A stretch of DNA of 20,000 nucleotides from an uncultured virus (IMG/VR IMGVR_UViG_3300009093_000007) (taxonomy: Duplodnaviria > Heunggongvirae > Uroviricota > Caudoviricetes). Positions 8,732-15,881 of this stretch are shown here, one piece after another. Under the pieces are notes generated by a model. The model made no database searches. It was not told the DNA's origin and saw nothing but the letters and a program-made list of their open reading frames with translations. The translations under genes were made by a program, and so were the position numbers. Within the stretch, counting starts at the first letter, position 1. Each line of letters starts with the position of its first letter. The stretch lies in IMG/VR virus record IMGVR_UViG_3300009093_000007. One strand, 5' to 3'.

Positions 8732-9095
8732 CCGACATAATACACCTTTATCCTTAGAGGGAGTGTACAGATCATCTTTAGACTATAACGCGCGATCTTA
8801 TTAGACGGTCTGCGTAAATGCGCTCACTTAGTTGTAATATGACTTTCGAAGCCTGTATTATGACTGACTGATCGCTCTCTGTGTCTTCGATCCTATATCC
8901 AGCCTTGTGCAATGTAGTACGAAGTCTATCTATCGGAGCTAGCACGCTGTGCATGTAATCGATTATCTTGTCTAATTTATCCGGAAAATCTAAATTGGTG
9001 TCACTGTGCGCTAATACTGAACGTACCTCTTCGAGTTCTTCTAGTGCCGACCTGATTGGATTATCATATTCGTCCGACATAATACACCTTTATCC
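8732..9095. repeat. perfect 22-bp direct repeat CCGACATAATACACCTTTATCC
   Basis: Copies at 8732-8753 and 9074-9095. On the - strand it reads GGATAAAGGTGTATT-ATG-TCGG (SD plus start codon). Confidence 0.9.
8778..9080 (-). CDS. helical hypothetical protein (100 aa)
   Basis: SD AAAGGTG. Overlaps the 3' end of the SLOG gene. Confidence 0.7.
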   Translation of the reverse strand: MSDEYDNPIRSALEELEEVRSVLAHSDTNLDFPDKLDKIIDYMHSVLAPIDRLRTTLHKAGYRIEDTESDQSVIIQASKVILQLSERIYADRLIRSRVIV

Positions 9096-9486
9096 CTTTC
9101 CTTATCGCCCGCCTGATACAATCCTCTGTCCCGGTTCCGCCCGGGAACGCCACCCACCCCACCGGATGCGGCTCCTTATTAACCATTCTACCGTTACGAT
9201 TATTTCCAGCGTAGTGCCAGCTAGGACCGTCAATATTAATATCTATCGGCACGGGGTCGAGCGCAAAGCCGTGATCTTTTGCATATTCAGACGCGGTTGT
9301 ATCCACACCGCGGGCGGCGACATGGCGGATAGTATTGGCGTTTAACGACTTGGCAATTGATATGAACGCGCGTAATTCGTCTTCGGTCGGGCGGTAGTCA
9401 CGACCGCCTGTAATGCCTATTACGACAGGAGTTATATCAATCATACTGTCGCACACTGTCGCACACTGTCGCACACTGTCGCACAT
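9064..9486 (-). CDS. SLOG superfamily protein (DUF2493/YspA-like)
   Basis: VIGITGGRDY, ARGVDT.A, AG..RN.RMV and VAFPGGTGTEDCIRRA motifs. The start is the ATG at 9486 or 9444. Confidence 0.85.
   Translation of the reverse strand: MCDSVRQCATVCDSMIDITPVVIGITGGRDYRPTEDELRAFISIAKSLNANTIRHVAARGVDTTASEYAKDHGFALDPVPIDINIDGPSWHYAGNNRNGRMVNKEPHPVGWVAFPGGTGTEDCIRRAIRKGIKVYYVGRI
9445..9484. repeat. tandem repeat (ACTGTCGCAC)x4
   Basis: Four perfect 10-bp units read directly from the sequence. Confidence 0.95.
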
Positions 9487-9495
9487 AGTCACATT

Positions 9496-9684
9496 TCATA
9501 TCGCGTAGCAATAGTTTATATGTCCACAGTCTGGGCACGTATCCATATATTGTTCGCCCAGCGTTCGTGTAGGTAACTTAGGGTGCGAACAAATTGCTTG
9601 CCTTGCCTTTAACTCCGCTATTAATTCTCGCTCTGCGGCATGCACTTTATCCAAATCACGTCTTATCTCACTGTAGGCGCACAA
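9496..9684 (-). CDS. small coiled-coil plus Zn-ribbon protein
   Basis: CSH...CPDCG motif and SD AGGAG. Confidence 0.65.
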   Translation of the reverse strand: MCAYSEIRRDLDKVHAAERELIAELKARQAICSHPKLPTRTLGEQYMDTCPDCGHINYCYAI

Positions 9685-9722
9685 TTCGTTCTCCTATCAC
9701 CGGTCCGTGGGGGAGTGGGTTG

Positions 9723-9908
9723 TCACCTGTAATCGTCCCATGCTATGCCGCGCCGGTGACGTTCGTTATGAATCTCGCGGCGTGAGTATAAATCATAATC
9801 GTTATCCAACCGGTCTAGTGTCCATTTCGGCGCATTAGGCGGAGTGGGCTCCGGTGGCGGATCGTTTGAGAGATTACGCCTAGACGGCGACTTACGTTTA
9901 TTTGCCAT
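9723..9908 (-). CDS. hypothetical protein (61 aa)
   Basis: Starts 2 nt after the stop codon of the deaminase gene. Confidence 0.55.
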   Translation of the reverse strand: MANKRKSPSRRNLSNDPPPEPTPPNAPKWTLDRLDNDYDLYSRREIHNERHRRGIAWDDYR

Positions 9909-9909
9909 T

Positions 9910-10227
9910 TTATATCATCGCTCTTTCAATCGTCACGCCGAGTTTCTCCGCTATTCTCGCGCACGTCGCGCATGGATCGATTGGCAACAACTCACCGCAA
10001 CTCCCCACCCTAACTATTACTATTCTCGTTAGCGACCGCGGCAACCTACGCATTAACACTTCCTCGGCGTGATAGCCGCGCATAGGTAGGCGCGGAGAGT
10101 TGACAGCGATGCCGATTATACGTCCGCGATAGTCAATGCCAGCGGCGGCAACTCGATACCGACATGAGGTGACACGTAATGCCGCACGGATCAGGCGCGC
10201 GTGAAGAGTGGAAGGGTGGGATTTCAT
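9910..10227 (-). CDS. Zn-dependent cytidine/dCMP deaminase-fold protein
   Basis: RVAAAGID..G.II..AVN, HAEE and PCATC give the HxE/PCxxC signature. Confidence 0.85.
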   Translation of the reverse strand: MKSHPSTLHARLIRAALRVTSCRYRVAAAGIDYRGRIIGIAVNSPRLPMRGYHAEEVLMRRLPRSLTRIVIVRVGSCGELLPIDPCATCARIAEKLGVTIERAMI

Positions 10228-10415
10228 CGCCCTATGGTATCTTACTAGAACAGCTTATAGAGATCTTTACTATGATTTGATATGGCACATTGAATCGCTC
10301 GCACAACATGCGTATCACGCGCTTGCGCTAAGTTCTCCGCGCACTAATTGCGGAAGATAGCCATAACGTTCTATATGGTCGAAGAATTCAAGTACTGAAT
10401 CGGTAGTGGTGGCCA

Positions 10416-10685
10416 TTATGACGACTCCTTTTCCTGTATAGCAGCACCGAGCGATTGAAGCCACGGCACAACCTTACTGTGGAAACAGTCGGTACACAAA
10501 TCCACTTTATACGTTGTGACACTAGGCCCTTCCGGCCATTCATCGCCTTCACGGAATTCGATATAGCCCTCATTAATACTACAGCCGTATCTAGTGATTT
10601 CACTTTCGCAAATGTCGCACGTTTTCCATGTACGAACAACAGTGACGACTTCTTTAGTTTCTTTTTTGGTTTCTTGACGATTCAT
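10416..10685 (-). CDS. small Zn-finger phage protein
   Basis: TCDIC...DLCTDC motif and SD AAAGGAG. Confidence 0.75.
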   Translation of the reverse strand: MNRQETKKETKEVVTVVRTWKTCDICESEITRYGCSINEGYIEFREGDEWPEGPSVTTYKVDLCTDCFHSKVVPWLQSLGAAIQEKESS

Positions 10686-10703
10686 TGGTATACTCTCCTT
10701 TGC

Positions 10704-10991
10704 CTATTCCGTCCTCTTAACTTTTCCCGTCAACCCAGGTGCGTACCTTTCCCCTCTCGCTCTCCACCGCGGCAGTAACGCTATTAAACTCCCATTCCCG
10801 CCTGTGCAATCCCAGCACTCCCTATTGTCGTGTGGGAGGTATCCTATTCCCGGTGACGGCGCCGGCTCGTTAAGGTCGCGCCAGTCCCAAGTAGGGCGGT
10901 CGTGTGAGAGATAGAATAGACAGGCGATGATCATCGAGGCTATGACTAATACGAATACGGCTAAGCCTATTATTAGATCCAGTGTCTCCAC
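10704..10991 (-). CDS. membrane protein with N-terminal TM helix
   Basis: Hydrophobic residues 6-28 and SD AAAGGAG. Confidence 0.65.
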   Translation of the reverse strand: METLDLIIGLAVFVLVIASMIIACLFYLSHDRPTWDWRDLNEPAPSPGIGYLPHDNRECWDCTGGNGSLIALLPRWRARGERYAPGLTGKVKRTE

Positions 10992-10993
10992 GT

Positions 10994-11164
10994 TTATTCT
11001 CCTTTCTCTGCGGCGCTCGTCAACGTCACGACTTTTCCGCCGTCCGTACGTACTATTATTCTATCACCTATTTGAAGTCCAGCGATGTCCAGTATCCGCC
11101 GCGGGATAGAGATAACGACGGAGCCACCGACGCGGCGGAGCTTGGATGTGGTGATTTCGGTCAT
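10994..11164 (-). CDS. AbrB/MazE/SpoVT-family DNA-binding protein
   Basis: SKLRRVGGSVVISIPRRILDIAGLQIGDRIIV is the swapped-hairpin signature. ATG at 11164. Confidence 0.85.
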   Translation of the reverse strand: MTEITTSKLRRVGGSVVISIPRRILDIAGLQIGDRIIVRTDGGKVVTLTSAAEKGE

Positions 11165-11171
11165 GTGCCCG

Positions 11172-11378
11172 CTAACTGTCCCGATCAAATTCGCCTGTAG
11201 CAAGAAAGCAGTGGAGAGCGTATCGTAGCTCCTCGATACAGTCGCGATCTACAACAGTAGAGTTGCTGCCGTATAATTTCGTTATTTGTACGGCGTCGCC
11301 TGATAATCTGGTTATCAGTATATCGGTTTTACCGTTGTCTTTGATCGCTACGGTATCGGATGTTGTGTTTACGTACAC
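11172..11378 (-). CDS. hypothetical protein (68 aa)
   Basis: SD AGGAGG before the GTG start. Confidence 0.65.
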   Translation of the reverse strand: MYVNTTSDTVAIKDNGKTDILITRLSGDAVQITKLYGSNSTVVDRDCIEELRYALHCFLATGEFDRDS

Positions 11379-11404
11379 CGGTAATCCTCCTAATTTGTCG
11401 CCAG

Positions 11405-11605
11405 TTAGACGTTAGGGTCGTCTACTATAACTTGCGACAGTTTATTGCCTACTATTTTCTCCGCACGACCGAATAGGCATTCAACGATGGTGGCGTTGCC
11501 ATTATCATCTGGCATTGTGTAGACCACGGTTAAATTACCGGGATAGCTACAAACGAGGACAGGGGAGACGGAGACAGGCCGGCGTTTCCTTGTTATTTCG
11601 TCCAT
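11405..11605 (-). CDS. hypothetical protein (66 aa), probably leaderless
   Basis: The ATG lies 7 nt downstream of a TAGGCT -10 box. Confidence 0.6.
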   Translation of the reverse strand: MDEITRKRRPVSVSPVLVCSYPGNLTVVYTMPDDNGNATIVECLFGRAEKIVGNKLSQVIVDDPNV

Positions 11606-11612
11606 GGCTTGC

Positions 11613-11642
11613 AGCCTACCACATATCCCGCGGATATGTCAA
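11613..11642 (-). promoter_or_regulatory. sigma70-type leaderless promoter for the leftward operon, with an internal palindromic operator
   Basis: On the - strand: TTGACA, 18 bp, TAGGCT with an extended -10 TG. The palindrome ACATATCC-cgc-GGATATGT (11621-11639) overlaps the spacer and the -35 box. Confidence 0.7.
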
Positions 11643-11691
11643 CATATCCGTACATATCTCCCACATATCTCACATATATCTGGACATACCT
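11621..11691. repeat. phased ACATATC repeat array
   Basis: Copies start at 11621, 11632 (inverted), 11642, 11652, 11663, 11672 (ACATATA) and 11684 (ACATACC). Confidence 0.8.
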
Positions 11692-11821
11692 CTACCTGCC
11701 TAGGCCTCGCCCGATCTTGCCCGATCCTCTCGACCTCCCCGGGCCGTCCCCGTGCTACCCTTGGGACAAAATACCTCGACCGCCCCAAAATGCCCCATAC
11801 CGCTATCGTCACTGAGACCAA

Positions 11822-14023
11822 ATGACCCAACCGGCTAGGCCTATACTAGATGATGTCAGCGGCCGTCAAGCTGGCGGCAGTGGGGCTGTCTCGGGCAACG
11901 GTGGCGGCGATCCGGCCGGCCCGGCAGCCGGCCTCCACACCCCTCTCGGCCCCTCTGGTCTGCCCGGCCCCGACTCTGCCCTAGTTCGTCTCCTCTCTTC
12001 GGCCCTGGTCGAGCGCCAGCGCTTCCGGGCGTACGGCCCCGGCCCCAACCTCTACGGTGGACGGCGCGACCTCTATGGCGCGGTGGGTTATCCTAGACAG
12101 TTAACGAGTGACGATTACCGCGACTTTTACGAACGTGGCGACGTGGCGGCGAGACTAGTCGAATTCTATCCGCAATCAACATGGCTTCCGGCTGTCGCGG
12201 TGAATGAGATAGACGACCCGGATACACAGACGGAATTCGAGCTTATATGGATAGACTTTGATCGTCGATTAAACGTGATAGCTGATATTTTCATGCGCGC
12301 CGATATCCTAGCGTGCACGTATCGCTATTCCGTCATCGTAATCGGCGCACCCGGTGACCTATCAACCGAGTTGCCGCGCGGCAATGGTCGGCCGGATGCT
12401 ATCAAATATCTAACCGTACTAGGCGAGGACAGGGCGGCTGTTACTAGGTTAGTCGGCCAAGACGACACCGATGAGAATGGTCTATACCCCGGTGCGACTG
12501 GCTATATAGACCCGGTATCAAGTCCGCGCTTTGGCCTACCGTTAACCTATCGCTGTAAATTCGGCGTTGCCATTAACTATTTCACTAGCGATGGATCAGT
12601 TAACTCATCAACCGGTTCTCTGATCGAGCGCGATGTCCACTGGTCGCGCGTCTGGCATATGGCTAACGGCACGCTAGACAATCGCGTCTATGGCCAGTCT
12701 ATGTATCGGCGCGTGGCTAATGCGTTAATAGACTACCAAAAACTACGTGCGGCCTACGCGGAGTCGGCATGGAGGACGGCGAGCCCCAAGATTCATGCCA
12801 ATATGGACCCGACGATGATGATGTTGCCGGGCGAGGAAGAGCAGTTAAGGGAAGCTATCGATAGGCTACGCCACGATATGGAAGATGTGGTACGTACCCG
12901 TGGTGTGGATATTAAGATGTTGTCATCGCCGGTGGGGTCTATGGAGGCTAACGTCCATACCCTATTACGTGTTATATCGGCGGCGTGGGGTATTCCGGCG
13001 CGCGTGATGACTGGATCGGAAGAGGCTAAAGCTGCCGGGACGCAAGATGACAGACACACGAATGACAGGCAGACGGAGCGGTGGGGATATTACGCTACGC
13101 CACAGCTAGGCGGGTTTATTGGTCGTCTAGCTGATTACAATTACGTGCCGCGGCCGAAGGATTTGACGATTGTGTGGCCGGAGATTGAGGAACATACGGA
13201 ATCTGAAAAAGCGACGATTGCCGGTCAGATTGCGTTGGCTAACTCCAATCAAACTAAAGCCGGCGACACGCCGATACGTACGTCGGCGGAATTGAGAGAC
13301 GAATTATGGGGATTGAGAGATCCTATTATTATGCCAGATACCGTGCCAGATCCCAGCCAGAACGATCCTAATCCGAGCGATCCAGCAGCCGGCAATCCGA
13401 CTGCCGATTTAACCCGTTCTGCTAGTCTGTCTTCCGATAGCCGCGTGATCATCATTGGCGGTCCACGGCGTGGGAAATCCACTCTCGCCCGCGAACTTCG
13501 TGCGGCATCGGCGATTCCAACCTATTGCGGCGATCCGGCCAACCTAGTCAAGGAACCGGAGGACGGTGTCACGTATCTCCCCGCGAATCTATCGTGGTCG
13601 GAATCGTCGGCGTATATCGCTGAGAATTGGTTGACTCAGCCCGGCCCGTGGTGCTGTGAAGGGGTGGCAATGGCCCGGGCGGTTAGAAAGTTAGTCATGG
13701 CGGGGAAGACTGCGGCGCTAGACGGTGTGGATATTGTCGTGTTGACGGAGCCGCACGAGGGGGCGACGGAGACGACAGGGCAAGCGATTATGGCTAAGGG
13801 GGTAATGACAGTGTGGGCGGAAGTGGCTGACTTATTCCCACAAGCCAGAGTCGTATCAACGGTGAGTAATCCTGCTAGATATCCTATAATTGCCGTTGCA
13901 GCTAATCGTAAGCTTGATAGTAATCTCGACACGTGGCCAGTGACGATGCCAGCCGGGCGCCGTGCGATAGCGTCGAAAAAGAATCACAAATCTAGCCCAC
14001 GGTTTAGTTTTAAGGTGTGGTAA
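11822..14023 (+). CDS. phage portal protein (DUF1073-type) fused to a C-terminal P-loop kinase-like domain
   Basis: YERGDVAARLVE, SPRFGLPLTY, VHWSRV and ISAAWGIPARVMTGSE motifs, positioned before the protease and capsid genes. A Pro/Asp linker precedes RVIIIGGPRRGKSTLA (Walker A at 13457-13480). Confidence 0.88.
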   Translation: MTQPARPILDDVSGRQAGGSGAVSGNGGGDPAGPAAGLHTPLGPSGLPGPDSALVRLLSSALVERQRFRAYGPGPNLYGGRRDLYGAVGYPRQLTSDDYRDFYERGDVAARLVEFYPQSTWLPAVAVNEIDDPDTQTEFELIWIDFDRRLNVIADIFMRADILACTYRYSVIVIGAPGDLSTELPRGNGRPDAIKYLTVLGEDRAAVTRLVGQDDTDENGLYPGATGYIDPVSSPRFGLPLTYRCKFGVAINYFTSDGSVNSSTGSLIERDVHWSRVWHMANGTLDNRVYGQSMYRRVANALIDYQKLRAAYAESAWRTASPKIHANMDPTMMMLPGEEEQLREAIDRLRHDMEDVVRTRGVDIKMLSSPVGSMEANVHTLLRVISAAWGIPARVMTGSEEAKAAGTQDDRHTNDRQTERWGYYATPQLGGFIGRLADYNYVPRPKDLTIVWPEIEEHTESEKATIAGQIALANSNQTKAGDTPIRTSAELRDELWGLRDPIIMPDTVPDPSQNDPNPSDPAAGNPTADLTRSASLSSDSRVIIIGGPRRGKSTLARELRAASAIPTYCGDPANLVKEPEDGVTYLPANLSWSESSAYIAENWLTQPGPWCCEGVAMARAVRKLVMAGKTAALDGVDIVVLTEPHEGATETTGQAIMAKGVMTVWAEVADLFPQARVVSTVSNPARYPIIAVAANRKLDSNLDTWPVTMPAGRRAIASKKNHKSSPRFSFKVW

Positions 14024-14163
14024 AACTAATGCGAGCGACCCATCAACAGAACGCCAACGGCACTCCTCCGGGTCGCCCGCGCGCTCCGTCAACGGTGTCG
14101 GCCGGGGAGAACCGGCCGCGTCGACGTCTCCGAGCTGGAATGAGTAGACCATAGATAGAAGCC

Positions 14164-15564
14164 ATGCACAAGAGGGCAAGTAAGGCGGTAGTTGCGAGAG
14201 GGTCTGGGGGCTTATCCCATCCCGTCGCCATTCCCTCGTCTATTCGCTCGGCTACCCGGTCGCTGTCCTTCCGCTTATCCTCGGCCAAATGCCGCGAAGA
14301 GATCTATCTAGGCGAATCTCATCTAGTCGTTCCCGTAATCCCGCTAGTCGGCAATATCGTATTCTGGCCTACTGGTGCCGAGGGTTATGAATGGGTGCCG
14401 GATTACGTTCTCGCGGCGGCTCCGGTCGGGTGGAATAATCGCCCGGTTGTACCAATCCACCCGGATATATCGCTGCCGACCGCTAACACCCCGGAATTCT
14501 TGACAGCCTATTGTTTTGGTCAACTATTCAATACTCATTACGGTGCCGATGGCAAGCTGCATACCGAAGCGTGGCTGAATCGTACCCGTGCGGCGCAGGT
14601 GGGGGCGATGGCAACCGATGTACTAGCGAAGTGTGAATCCGGCGAAATGGTTGAGGTTAGTGTAGGCGCACAGATTCAATTTGAAAAGCGCGCCGGATCG
14701 TTCAACGGACAATCGTACGTCGGCGTTTGGCGGGGATTGGTGCCTGATCATTTAGCTGTCGGATTGAACGGTTCACCCGGCGCATGTTCGATTGAAGACG
14801 GCTGCGGTGGGCCGCGGACGGCAGTGACGAAGAGGGCGGCAGCAGAGACGGCGACGAAAGCCGCTAAATCCAAATCTAAATCCAAATACGTATTCCTTGA
14901 ATCCAATCGTCCACGATCAATAGGAGCTACCGCTATGCCATCTCTCCGTGAATCTATCACCGGCTTATTAACCGCTCTTCGTCTATCTGGCACTCCCGCC
15001 GAGGACGCCGAGGAAGCGGCTGAGCTAATCGCCTATGGATCAATGCGAGATCTAGTCGATAATGCTATCGCCAAACTCCAAGCGGCGAAGGTAGATATAT
15101 TGTCGTTAATCTCAGCTGAGACGGAATCGCCGACCGAAAGCGCGGAAGCGGAATCAGCAGAGGAGACGATAGAGCTAGCGCAGTATTCGCGGATTAGAAC
15201 GCTACTCTATTCCGCTGGTGATGAAATCTATGCTGCGTCGAGTGTGGTGTACGATCTCTACCGCGAGCACATGGCCGATAAGATAGAGGAAGAAGCGGCT
15301 AATGACGGCGCGCTACCGGTTGTGATCGTTGGCGATACGCGGTATTACGCCGATGGTAATGGTGGCAACGGACGGTCGGCGGCTGGCGCGCGGCATAGCA
15401 AGGAGGATATGAAGATGATTCAAAACACTCATGATACGACTGTTAAACTCGGCGCGACGTGTGCGACCGAGGAGACGAAAGCGGCAGCTAAGGCGACAAT
15501 CGCGACCACGGCGGCAGCGACTGTTAAACCGTGCGGGTGTCACAATACAGCGTCATTGTTTTAA
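14164..15564 (+). CDS. prohead (capsid maturation) protease, DUF2213-like, with a C-terminal scaffold-like region
   Basis: WNNRPVVPIHP, EVSVG and PDHLAV..GACSIEDGCG motifs, an acidic helical C-terminal half, and synteny with portal and capsid genes. Confidence 0.85.
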   Translation: MHKRASKAVVARGSGGLSHPVAIPSSIRSATRSLSFRLSSAKCREEIYLGESHLVVPVIPLVGNIVFWPTGAEGYEWVPDYVLAAAPVGWNNRPVVPIHPDISLPTANTPEFLTAYCFGQLFNTHYGADGKLHTEAWLNRTRAAQVGAMATDVLAKCESGEMVEVSVGAQIQFEKRAGSFNGQSYVGVWRGLVPDHLAVGLNGSPGACSIEDGCGGPRTAVTKRAAAETATKAAKSKSKSKYVFLESNRPRSIGATAMPSLRESITGLLTALRLSGTPAEDAEEAAELIAYGSMRDLVDNAIAKLQAAKVDILSLISAETESPTESAEAESAEETIELAQYSRIRTLLYSAGDEIYAASSVVYDLYREHMADKIEEEAANDGALPVVIVGDTRYYADGNGGNGRSAAGARHSKEDMKMIQNTHDTTVKLGATCATEETKAAAKATIATTAAATVKPCGCHNTASLF

Positions 15565-15594
15565 ATGTACCGACTTTAAATAGGAGACCGTTAT

Positions 15595-15849
15595 ATGGCC
15601 CAACAAGATAAACCACAAGAGCACATTCTACAGTTTTTCGCTTATGATCACTTGCCGCCTGCACTAGCTGCTATTTCGCGCCCGTTCTGTGAACTAGCAA
15701 ATGCACTAGTATCAGGCGATAATGTACCAGAATCCGGAACTGTCACTATCGGCGAGGGTCTGCCACGTAACCCCGAACGCACCGTTGCGTTGCGTAAGTT
15801 GTTAGAATCCAAAGACGCCGCTGTACGAGCCAAGATAGCTAATGGATAA
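15595..15849 (+). CDS. small helical-hairpin phage protein (possibly Acb2/Tad1-like fold)
   Basis: SD TAGGAG and the sequence ILQFFAYDHLP...LPRNPERTVALRKLLESKDAAVRA. The gene is clearly real but the functional call is tentative. Confidence 0.7.
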   Translation: MAQQDKPQEHILQFFAYDHLPPALAAISRPFCELANALVSGDNVPESGTVTIGEGLPRNPERTVALRKLLESKDAAVRAKIANG

Positions 15850-15881
15850 AAACTTTTAAACGTTAGGAGGATTTTTTCACC

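Noticed and set aside
9445..9484. Possible CRISPR array
   Set aside because: 10-bp units with no spacers and no cas genes. It is a simple tandem repeat.
10994..11378. MazEF/VapBC toxin-antitoxin pair
   Set aside because: The genes next to the AbrB-like gene show no PIN, MazF or Doc motifs.
11515..11830. Several overlapping 62-73-aa ORFs
   Set aside because: They arise from the ACATATC repeat and promoter region and show no coding features.
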